64,000 nucleotides of DNA from Nematocida ausubeli. Its lineage: Eukaryota. Position numbers and translations under genes: made by a program. Shown piece after piece: positions 51,562 through 61,079 of the stretch; position 1 is the stretch's first letter; every line of letters begins with the position of its first letter. The notes beneath the pieces were generated by a model. It saw nothing but the letters and a program-made list of their open reading frames with translations, was not told the origin of the DNA and searched no databases. The stretch is from contig NW_026515634.1 in assembly GCF_000738915.1 (NCBI RefSeq), forward strand, positions 661,156-725,155, given 5' to 3'.

Positions 51562-54297
51562 ATGACAGAAGACTACAAGAGTTTCCTTTCCGGAATATTT
51601 GTCGGATTTTTGACACTTTTATTCCTGCAGGTGTCTGCAGTTGCATTTGGTCTTAAGAAAGTCCTGACTAAAAAGCAGTACCCTGACAGTTACCACAGAG
51701 ACCTTTTCAATGACCCACCAAATGAACTGATTAGTCTACTAAGCATAGCCACCAAGGAGTGTACAGATCTAGCCTGGTTGAATATAACCATCCAAAGATT
51801 CTTCTATGAATTAACAAAATCAAGCACATTCCATGAGAAAGTAAAGGCAACCTTAATCAAGAAGATGTCAATTGCCTTTTCCACAGGAATCTTAAAAAGA
51901 GTCCGTTTCAAGGATATTTCATTTGGAAGTGAAGCCCCTTACATTAAAAGCATCAGGGCCCTTTCCAAAGAAGAAATAAATAATTTGCCAGGGAACAAAG
52001 AGGTTCCTTTAAATAAGCCAGCTTCATTTAAGCAAGTTTATTTATTAATTAGTATGGATTACACTGCAGGAGATAACTGCATATTCATAGATGCAGATTT
52101 AATTAAGGGATATTCTATACCAATTAGGGTTAAATTGCAGCCCTTCAAAGGAGAACTTCTTCTAAGGATGCCAGCAAATAATTATTCAACAAGATTTGAG
52201 ATTTCATTCATTAGGAACCCTGGGTTTAATTTCACTGTAGATGCTTCCTTCTCAAAGAATGATTCTGCCTTCTTTTCGAATACGCTTAGTCATTTGATCA
52301 AGAAACTATGTGAATATACGGCTAAAATGTATATATTCCCTAATTGGTACTACTATTACTTACCAATTGTAGTGTACAGGGCAAAGACAATCTCATATTC
52401 TTACTATCCTATTAAGAATGGGTCTACTGATGGTCTAATGCAACAGATCCGGGAGGTTCAGAATCTATTTAGTTTAGATTTCGGGATTGTCAAGAAATGG
52501 GAGAATGTGATATTTAGGAAGACTAAGAGTACAGTTAACTCATCAAATACAGTCTTGGAGAAGGCTGAGATTGAGTTGATTAATAAGCCTAGTATTCTTG
52601 TTGAATTATTTAGTCAGGGTTCTGTTGAAATATTCTCTGATGTAATTAGTGACTACGAAGGGGCTGAAGTATTAGAGTCATTTGGGCCTGGTGTGGAACT
52701 GGTTCAGATTGTGATTTCAAATCAAATATATGAATTTATACGTATAATAATTGATGGGTTAATTATATATCAACGGACAGACCCGGAAGAACCTCAGTTT
52801 ATTGCCTTCAAACGGGAAGTCTCTGGGTCTATAACACTCCTGCAGTACGTGAATGTATCAGAGGCATTTTATCTTGGGCAATTTAGGATAAAGAAATTAG
52901 CGAAGAAGTTGGAGAGACAGGAGATGAAGGTCCTTGGGTCTGCAAAATTATTCAGGTTCATTGATTTTTCCGTTAAACAAGCAAAAAAAACAAAAGAAAT
53001 TTTCAAAACAAAATCAGAAGAGAAGATGGATAAGGCCTTAGATAAGGCTAAAATGGAAATATCCAAGGAAGAAGTCCTTCAGAGAGACTCCTTCAAGGAG
53101 AAGTATGTCTCAGAGGGGTACACTCCAATTAATTCTGCAATTCCATCTGAAAATCCATCAGAAGTAAGCATAATTGAGTCTCATTTCATTGAGATCCAGA
53201 AGGACTTAAATGACTCAGAGAGAAGACCTGATCAGGTAATTATCCTACCGTACAAAAAAGAAGATTTGAAAAAAGTTTTTGAAAGTTCGTTAATTAGGGC
53301 ATCCATTTTAGGTAGTTTTACGATCATGGAAGATATCTTGCTGACCGAGAAAATCAGAAATATCTCTATGGCGCAGCCATCTGGACAGTATGTTCAGCTG
53401 CTAAGCTACTTTGATGAAGATGAAAATCTTCTGATTGAAAGAATTCTTCTCTCAGAGGAGCACAAGGGTGTAACAGCAGCAGTTCGGGTGAGTGATGAAA
53501 GATTGGAAATATTCCTGTTTGGAGGGCGCAGTTTATATCTGGGGAATTTTAAGCAACTGATTATTCCATATCTGGAAGGCAGCAAGATTTTAAATCTCCC
53601 GAAGATGGAAATCCCAAAGAAGCACGTGGAAACACTAATTGATTCTTCTGGTTTTATTATTTCCTCAGAGGTTCCTACAGTCTGCCAGGTGAAGGTTGAA
53701 GTGGATAACGTGGTATTCTTTAAGGTAGACGTAAATATAAAGAACCCGTTTATTTTCAGGTTTAAAAACAAAAAAAACCTGTCCATGATAGTTTCAGTTA
53801 AAAATAAGAAAAATACACCTTTGGAAATGGCAATAATCCCAATCTCAAATAAGATAAAAATAAACCCTTCAGAAAAAAAATCCAAAGATATCTTAACTGA
53901 AGGGTTTGTATCTTCAGATCAGACAATTTCTGACATGGAAGAAGTGAGTTTCTCTGCGAACAGCACAGAGACAAATGAAAGCCAAGAAGAAGGCAGAGAA
54001 GAGAATACTCCAGAAGAAAAGGCAAATTACATCCAAATAGAAGGAGATCTTGTTCTGCAGAAGAAAAGCAAAGTACCAATTCTTTCTGGAAGGGGTCTTC
54101 TTTACTGGAATATTCCCTGGTCGCCTGCAGAGAAAGTAAAGACAGAAGAGGTAGACTCTCTTCTCATAAATGGATCCGGGTACGCACTGGCTGAAACCCC
54201 AGTTCAAATGTATTGTAAAAATGCAGAGAATAAAACAGTTACAAAAAGCATCAAGGTTGGCATAATATATAACCCAGACGTAACTGATACACAATAA
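51562..54297 (+). CDS. ER-anchored SMP-domain lipid-transfer protein (Mmm1/PDZD8/Nvj2-like) with long C-terminal extension
   Basis: N-terminal TM (SFLSGIFVG), E..WLN..IQRFF, ISFGSEAP.I, F.G.L.L and IFPN motifs of SMP domains. Confidence 0.8.
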   Translation: MTEDYKSFLSGIFVGFLTLLFLQVSAVAFGLKKVLTKKQYPDSYHRDLFNDPPNELISLLSIATKECTDLAWLNITIQRFFYELTKSSTFHEKVKATLIKKMSIAFSTGILKRVRFKDISFGSEAPYIKSIRALSKEEINNLPGNKEVPLNKPASFKQVYLLISMDYTAGDNCIFIDADLIKGYSIPIRVKLQPFKGELLLRMPANNYSTRFEISFIRNPGFNFTVDASFSKNDSAFFSNTLSHLIKKLCEYTAKMYIFPNWYYYYLPIVVYRAKTISYSYYPIKNGSTDGLMQQIREVQNLFSLDFGIVKKWENVIFRKTKSTVNSSNTVLEKAEIELINKPSILVELFSQGSVEIFSDVISDYEGAEVLESFGPGVELVQIVISNQIYEFIRIIIDGLIIYQRTDPEEPQFIAFKREVSGSITLLQYVNVSEAFYLGQFRIKKLAKKLERQEMKVLGSAKLFRFIDFSVKQAKKTKEIFKTKSEEKMDKALDKAKMEISKEEVLQRDSFKEKYVSEGYTPINSAIPSENPSEVSIIESHFIEIQKDLNDSERRPDQVIILPYKKEDLKKVFESSLIRASILGSFTIMEDILLTEKIRNISMAQPSGQYVQLLSYFDEDENLLIERILLSEEHKGVTAAVRVSDERLEIFLFGGRSLYLGNFKQLIIPYLEGSKILNLPKMEIPKKHVETLIDSSGFIISSEVPTVCQVKVEVDNVVFFKVDVNIKNPFIFRFKNKKNLSMIVSVKNKKNTPLEMAIIPISNKIKINPSEKKSKDILTEGFVSSDQTISDMEEVSFSANSTETNESQEEGREENTPEEKANYIQIEGDLVLQKKSKVPILSGRGLLYWNIPWSPAEKVKTEEVDSLLINGSGYALAETPVQMYCKNAENKTVTKSIKVGIIYNPDVTDTQ

Positions 54298-55151
54298 AAC
54301 CTGAATATTAATCCGTTACATCTGCAGATTGTATAATAAATTAATACCTGAAATTTAAAAATACTCATCAAACTGTCATATAACTGCCATAAAAGCCATA
54401 AAATACTCATTAAACTGTCATGATTTTTGGTTTTCATGTGAATTTCCCTAGCAAGACTGCATTCTTAGTGCCACTTGAAGCCTGATGGACATAAAATATT
54501 CACGTATTTGCCTGTTGAATTTGCCTGCTGTGAAGGTATATTCCACCAAGTGCTATATATCTTCTATACGCTAAATTTAATTAATTATAATTAATTATTT
54601 ATTCGGGTTTATATCTCTTCATTTTGATTTTGTTTTGTTTTGTTTTGTTTTTTAACTAAATCATATCTCTTCATTTCAATCTACAGTTTATTTTTTTAAT
54701 AGTTACGTATTATTGCTAAATAGAAATAACCCTAATATCTCAGAAAAATAAACTCAGATAGTAGAAATTCTGTTATATTAGGCTACTATTCCCATGGTAT
54801 ACCACTGCATCTTCTATTTTTATGCTAAAATACCTTCTCCTTGTATTCTCTAAATTTCTCTACAATAAATTTACAGTTAAAACCAGAAGAAAATAACTGA
54901 AATTAATTTTCATTTCAGAACCTGAAAAAGTGATGACCACATGATAGAGAAGATAAAAAGATAAATCTATGAGTATATACGTATATTCTGAATGGTTTAA
55001 GTGAAATTATCACAGTTTATTCTTTATTTTAAAAAGTCTTTTATTACATGCTTGTATTAGCACACTAATACTCCGGGTATGATGCAGTGTAATTTCACTG
55101 TGAAATTTTAATGAATTTAATGGTTGGTCTATTAGTAGGCCTAAATTCCTG

Positions 55152-57602
55152 TTAGGTTTGCAGTGTACAAGGGTATTTGTACATATATTCCGGGTTATTG
55201 AATATTTCCACCTCTTTATACCGGGTTATATCAAATTTAGTCGCGTAACAGACATCTTTCCCCATAATTAAATCAAACAATTCAGATATTCTTTCTGTGC
55301 CTTTGTCTTCTTCAATGTAATAGTCAATTATTATGCAATCCGTAATATATAATCCAATTGAACTAGCGTACTTGTATAGAGTATATTCAGGGAATGTATT
55401 TTTTTTTATCTCGAATATCTCAGATTTCAAAGTCTTCATTTCTTGATTTTTTCTGTCAATTTTTATTATTGGTTTTCCCAACTGAAGATGTCCCATTTCA
55501 TCATTCCATAAATGAAGGGTTATATTATGCGCCTGTCTCTTATATGCGTAATAAACCTCAATGCCATTATATATATTTAAGCCATTATATGAATCCTCAT
55601 TGGAAATTAGTCGTGATAACCTTACGAATACTTTTCTTGTCTCTTCGTCTGAAGGACTTTTATACCAGTCGACTAAGGACTTGCTAGATTTGCAGTTCCT
55701 GGAAAGAGAAGCAAATAATTCTGCTGCATATTCTTCTACTTTTTCTGCAAAACTGTCAGTTGAAGAAATTCCTGAAGAGAGTGCACCACTTTTCACCCAA
55801 ATCCGGAATCTGTCAATTTTCTTCTTTTCTTGTACTTTGTACCTTCCTGTGAGTTTTAGGATTACAGTGAGAATTTCAAGAATTCTGTCACTTTCAATTA
55901 CTCCGTAACCATCCAAAGAACTATTCTCGTAGGAAGAACTGTTTTCATTGAAATAACCATCAGAATTTAAAGAATCACTTGAATTCACATCTATCCCTTG
56001 GTCTGAAGAAATATCCAAATCTGAAGATCTGTCTAGTTCTATGTAATTATTTTCTTCTGCAAAATTTTCTGAAAATTCGTTATAATTTAAGTAGGTAGAA
56101 CTAATTTCTTCAAGTATTTCCTTCCATCTTTTGTAGATTTCTTCTGGTATTTTTTCTCCTGGCACCAGACTCCTTCTTTTTAATGTTTTTCCATCAACTG
56201 ACTTTTTTTCAACTGATTTTTCTTCAATTTCACAACTTTCATTAAGAATAACCGTTAAGTCATCTGATTCCATGGCAAAAAGACCCTTTACTTCTTCTGA
56301 CATAAATGGAATATGGTCAATATTATACGTATTAGTGTCTGGGTCATAGGCAAAACAGCAGAATAAACCAAGTAGTGCAGATTCAATATCTGGTGAAAAT
56401 ATTTCTTTTTTTAACTGTGCTAACCCGTATAAGTGTATTTTTCCTTTTGTTTTAATTGGCAGTTGACTATTTTCCATAAAGGGAAGGAGTTGAATTTGTT
56501 CTTGTGCTGTGATAATTTCTTCAAATTTATTCACTTTCTCCCAAGAGTCAAGTACGTCTGACTGTGTATTTTTATCCATAAAGCACTTATTAAAGAACTT
56601 TAATGCAATTATTTTTTGATCTTGCAAAGAAAACCTTTCACATTCTTTTATGTACGAATCTACTATTCTGAAGACTTCTAAATTAAATTTAATTACTTCA
56701 TTTTTTGTTTCTAAATAGAAATATATGTACGACTGAATGAGCCACCTTAGATCTAGTTTATTCTCATTATCCCAGTCTTCGTACGAATATTCTTTATTAA
56801 AAGTCGTTTTTTCAGTTTCAAATTGACTTTCTGCATGAAATTCAGTAAAAGTATGGATAATTTGCTCTGTAGTCCGTTGATAATGTGCCTTTCTCTTTGA
56901 ACTATATCTATCTCTAGTGCCTTCTGATGAAATAATCATTTTAACCGATAGAAATATTTCTCTTTGAGATGGACTCTTCCATTGAAGTGTCGGGTAATTT
57001 AAGAAATATTTCTTGAATTTCAGTGGTACATCGATTCCTTCTGAGAGAAGAAGAAGTGCTATAAGGATTCTATGAGAATATACCTTGATAGAGTCACTTT
57101 GTAAGAAGAGAGTGAAAGAGTCTTTACAATTATCCTTAGGGTAGATGCTTATCTCTCCGTCTGGTGAAGGAAACATGTTAATTAGTGCATTATAACGGTT
57201 TTCTACATTTTTTGGTTCATCATCTTCAATGTAGTTCTTGCTGACTGTGTCACTGGATCGGTCAAATACCAGGCGCACTGTACCTGTTAAATCTAACGGA
57301 CAAAATCCATGTTTCACTATATAATCTGAATTAAACCTCTTTTTATGAAGGATATCTACCTTTCTGCATAAATATAGCATAATTGGACTAAGTGGTCCAC
57401 TTGGATTGACTAAATACTCTACTCCTTCGTTTGTTCTTATTATTTCCTTCTGAATATCCAATATTTCATTTCTTTTTATTAATGCGAATGCATGGCCTGC
57501 TAGAAATATACTTATAAGAAGGACTTCTACTAGTATCTTAATGGATATCTGTCCGTTATTTCTTTTGTGTAAATATTCTTGTATTTTGTCTTTCATGTTC
57601 AT
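55152..57602 (-). CDS. NemLGF1-like secreted protein, divergent member
   Basis: Signal-like segment; VNPSGPL, KKRF, MFPSPDG.ISI, ALLLLSEG, WLIQSYI and ESALLGLFCCFAY motifs. Confidence 0.8.
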   Translation of the reverse strand: MNMKDKIQEYLHKRNNGQISIKILVEVLLISIFLAGHAFALIKRNEILDIQKEIIRTNEGVEYLVNPSGPLSPIMLYLCRKVDILHKKRFNSDYIVKHGFCPLDLTGTVRLVFDRSSDTVSKNYIEDDEPKNVENRYNALINMFPSPDGEISIYPKDNCKDSFTLFLQSDSIKVYSHRILIALLLLSEGIDVPLKFKKYFLNYPTLQWKSPSQREIFLSVKMIISSEGTRDRYSSKRKAHYQRTTEQIIHTFTEFHAESQFETEKTTFNKEYSYEDWDNENKLDLRWLIQSYIYFYLETKNEVIKFNLEVFRIVDSYIKECERFSLQDQKIIALKFFNKCFMDKNTQSDVLDSWEKVNKFEEIITAQEQIQLLPFMENSQLPIKTKGKIHLYGLAQLKKEIFSPDIESALLGLFCCFAYDPDTNTYNIDHIPFMSEEVKGLFAMESDDLTVILNESCEIEEKSVEKKSVDGKTLKRRSLVPGEKIPEEIYKRWKEILEEISSTYLNYNEFSENFAEENNYIELDRSSDLDISSDQGIDVNSSDSLNSDGYFNENSSSYENSSLDGYGVIESDRILEILTVILKLTGRYKVQEKKKIDRFRIWVKSGALSSGISSTDSFAEKVEEYAAELFASLSRNCKSSKSLVDWYKSPSDEETRKVFVRLSRLISNEDSYNGLNIYNGIEVYYAYKRQAHNITLHLWNDEMGHLQLGKPIIKIDRKNQEMKTLKSEIFEIKKNTFPEYTLYKYASSIGLYITDCIIIDYYIEEDKGTERISELFDLIMGKDVCYATKFDITRYKEVEIFNNPEYMYKYPCTLQT

Positions 57603-58405
57603 TTCTGCACTGTCGCACTGAAGTCTTCAAATATTTTCGTATTTATGAACTTTAGATTGAAATATTTTGATAGATAGATTATTCCATGGTACTATCCATG
57701 TAGTCTGAATATACGGGTTATATCGGGGTATTTCGGGTTATCTAGTGTATTTATGAAATTTGAGCCAGAATACTCTTATAACCAGAAGAGACCATGGAGT
57801 GAATGAAAAAAGTCAACTTCTGAAGTGGCCTGGAACACTTGCAGTCACATGGAAATAAAATGCACTTGCAAATGGACATTATAAAGCACTATTTATATGA
57901 AACTAGTACCTTTTATGACCGTGTAACAAGAATTAATGAAGTAATTTAATTCATGTTCATTTATGAAAGTGCACTCTCACTGCCTGCCAGACAAGTATAT
58001 TACCCAACCCATAAGTATATTCATACAGATCCACTGAAAGAAGCAGAGTCCTTTGCAGCTGCAAGAGAATATTGAAGTGCAAGAAATCCAATAATTAAGC
58101 ATGCTAAATTACAAGAGCACAAACAACATGGTTGCACACATTCATTAAACAAGTACTATAAATAATTCTACTCCACCAAACAGCTCTAATACCATCCTAT
58201 ACGATACGTTCATTTAGCATAAATTATTATATATCTTGTAAGAACCCATTATTCCACCATAAGAGATCCTATAAATTACCATACCCCATGGAAATACAAA
58301 ATCCAATTAATTCCTTAATTCTCACCCCCAGAAACCCATTAAACCCTACCTCTTCCCATATAAATATTTCACCTTACAATACATCCCTACTATAGTTTAT
58401 TTTAT

Positions 58406-58690
58406 TTATATAAATAATCTCTTCTTACTCATTCTCTTCTCCCTTTTCTTATATCTCTCTATTATTATATCAATCTCTTCATAATTTATTTTTTCTTCAA
58501 TTTTTTTATGTTTTTCTGCTGAAATATGCTCATTGTAGTTCTCGTACCCAGCTACGCATAATTCACAAAGACCCGTCCTTTTATTTTTATTTTTTTCTTT
58601 TTCTTTCTTATATTCTTTATAAAATGGTTTATTCTTTCCCTTAATATCTTCTATTAAGATATAAGGGCTATTAAAGACGAAATATTCCAT
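58406..58690 (-). CDS. DBF4: Minimal Dbf4 (Cdc7 kinase activator): motif M plus motif C zinc finger
   Basis: F..PYILIED...KPFYKEY (Dbf4-M) and G.CE.C...YE....HI...KH (Dbf4-C); 94 aa. Confidence 0.8.
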   Translation of the reverse strand: MEYFVFNSPYILIEDIKGKNKPFYKEYKKEKEKNKNKRTGLCELCVAGYENYNEHISAEKHKKIEEKINYEEIDIIIERYKKREKRMSKKRLFI

Positions 58691-58902
58691 GAAATAAAAA
58701 ATAAAAAAGACTAAAATAAGGAAAAGGGCGGGAATTTATATTATAACCAAAAGTACCCATATTATACATAAGAATATACCAGATTAAGGAATATTTATGA
58801 GTTTAGTCTATGGAATATACTGTAGAAATATCAGGTTATATAATAATACTTCTTATTCCACTGTAATACATAATGTATATATACTATGTTTTTTTTATTT
58901 TT

Positions 58903-59622
58903 ATGGAAGACATGGACAAACACACGAACACCTTCTCAGAAGAAGGAAGAATTCATCAAGTAGAATATGCTATAAAGAGTATATCTTCAGCTGGTCCTGC
59001 TATTGGCATAAAATGCATTGATGGAGTAGTTTTATTAGGGAAAACCACAGATGATGACCTTTCTTTAACACAAGATGAGAAAATCTACCAGATAAACGAT
59101 AATACAGTTGCAATAGTCAGTGGGTTATACGCAGACAGTAATCTTCTAGTGAATTATGCCCGTGTTGTAGCCCAGGAATATCTCATGAAATACGACGTAG
59201 ATATGAGTCCAAGACAAATAGCCATGGCTCTATGTAAGATTAAGCAGAAATATACTCAGGGTGGTGGAATGAGACCATTTGGTGTCTCATTTTTATTTGC
59301 AGGGTGGAATGAAAAGGGTGAATATGGCTTATATTCAACTGATCCCAGTGGAACACTCTTTGACTACACTGCTTGTGCCTTTGGGGAAGGTGACAAGTTA
59401 ATACTACCTGTCTTAAATGAACATAAAGAAGAGTCTTCTATAAGTGAAGGAATTCAACTGGCATTTAAGGGAATTGCAACTGTAGCAGAAGGAAGGAAGG
59501 TTCTACCCCATACGATTACTTGTGCTGTTGTCACAAAAGTAAATGGAAAGAACACAATTAAACTGATTTCTCAGAAGGATATTACAGAATGCTTAGATAA
59601 CACAAGAGAAGTACCTAAGTAG
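58903..59622 (+). CDS. PRE9: 20S proteasome alpha subunit (alpha3/Pre9-like)
   Basis: TFSEEGR.HQVEYA, KQ.YTQ.GG.RPFGVSFL.AGW and TDPSG motifs. Confidence 0.88.
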   Translation: MEDMDKHTNTFSEEGRIHQVEYAIKSISSAGPAIGIKCIDGVVLLGKTTDDDLSLTQDEKIYQINDNTVAIVSGLYADSNLLVNYARVVAQEYLMKYDVDMSPRQIAMALCKIKQKYTQGGGMRPFGVSFLFAGWNEKGEYGLYSTDPSGTLFDYTACAFGEGDKLILPVLNEHKEESSISEGIQLAFKGIATVAEGRKVLPHTITCAVVTKVNGKNTIKLISQKDITECLDNTREVPK

Positions 59623-59696
59623 ATCTATTTTTACGGTTGGAAATATGCACTGTTAATAAATACTGTATATAAGTAGGTATACTTAGTGTCTTATCT

Positions 59697-60908
59697 ATGG
59701 ATTTTGATAGAATTCTGTATGATTATACGGGTTCTTTAAATTTTATTTTTATGAACACCCAGAGAGAGCAGATTGAGAAGTTACTTTCTGAGGAATCAAT
59801 AGAAACAGTACGGAATGCCTTAAGGGAACCAGATATATATGGTCCATTAAAGGATATATACAGTGTACTATTAGAAGATGACCCGAATAATATGGAAATA
59901 TTGCAGGTTTTGGAGAGACACAGTAGTACACACATTGTATACCTAGTGTATGGTGACTACTTAGCCAGAAAGAATAGAATAGAAGAGGCAATTGACCAAT
60001 ATAAGACTGCTGCTAAACTCACAGCAGATATAACTGAGACAATTTCAATTCTTAAGAGACTAATATTCGGATACTTGCAGATCCGTGATATACCAGGGGC
60101 ATTTTACACAGGATGGACACTTATTGAGATGAATCTAGTAGGGTATAATATGCGGTTACTCAGATTTATATGTGGTTTAGTCACAAAAGAGAAATTTGCT
60201 GGTCAGAGTATCCTTGGGGAAGCAGAGAGAACAGAAAGACTCATTAGTGAAAATATCAAAATAACAGAAGAAAAGACAGTAAAGAATGGAGGACTAGAGA
60301 GAGTAGTAGTACAAGACCTGGAGATAATAGGGAATTCTGGGATGGGTGACTTCCTTAAGGAGCACAAGATAGATATCTCTAAAGAATTTGAAGTTGGTAT
60401 TATAACGGATACTTTACCATATTTAAATATCCTGGAGACAGTAGGATTTAGTGCCTTCATACAGGAATATCACAATAAAGTCATCCCAGAAGACAGAAAG
60501 ACAGAATTAGGCATGGATAGAGATGTTATATTGTACTTTATAATGACAGAAGATATCCTTATGCTGTATAAATTAGCAGAGTACTTCTATAGTAGAAATA
60601 ACTACTTCAGTGCCTTAGTCTTATTTAGGTCTGTAATAGAACTATTCACTAGGATAGATACGGATAGGACTAAGTTCATGCAGTTAGCTACAACAATTGG
60701 TAGTAATATGTTCTATGATGTGTATTTTAACTCACCCACTGACTATGATAAGTTTATAATTTCCGTTAAGAAATTTAATCTTTCACTTTTCATAGTAAAA
60801 CAAGGAAAGTCACAGGAGCACCCTTTAGATAAAGTGTTTTATGAGCACTTTAAAGATAAAATCTCACTTGACCAGTATACCATCCCGAATGTGTACAAGA
60901 ATAAATAG
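59697..60908 (+). CDS. TPR-like helical-repeat hypothetical protein
   Basis: YLVYGDYLA...IEEAIDQYKTA and LAEYFY...YFSAL..F TPR-like patterns. Confidence 0.65.
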   Translation: MDFDRILYDYTGSLNFIFMNTQREQIEKLLSEESIETVRNALREPDIYGPLKDIYSVLLEDDPNNMEILQVLERHSSTHIVYLVYGDYLARKNRIEEAIDQYKTAAKLTADITETISILKRLIFGYLQIRDIPGAFYTGWTLIEMNLVGYNMRLLRFICGLVTKEKFAGQSILGEAERTERLISENIKITEEKTVKNGGLERVVVQDLEIIGNSGMGDFLKEHKIDISKEFEVGIITDTLPYLNILETVGFSAFIQEYHNKVIPEDRKTELGMDRDVILYFIMTEDILMLYKLAEYFYSRNNYFSALVLFRSVIELFTRIDTDRTKFMQLATTIGSNMFYDVYFNSPTDYDKFIISVKKFNLSLFIVKQGKSQEHPLDKVFYEHFKDKISLDQYTIPNVYKNK

Positions 60909-60974
60909 AAGTACATATATAGATTGTGATTCTAAGAATATTTTATTTTTGTGCTTTTGAATTTCTGTTGAATT

Positions 60975-61040
60975 CTTGTTCTCTCTGTACTCTCTGTACT
61001 CTTCTCTCTTGTACTCTTGTACTCTCTGTACTCTTGTAAA
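60975..61040. repeat. Short tandem repeat (CTCT(CT)GTA units)
   Basis: Read directly. Confidence 0.7.
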
Positions 61041-61079
61041 TTATTTTTGAAATATTTTTATGTAAAATAATTTGGTTCC

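Noticed and set aside
54727..54735. TAACCCTAA as a telomerase template or interstitial telomere
   Set aside because: Single 9-mer with no surrounding structure; better explained as a variant of the GGGTTA-containing intergenic motif.
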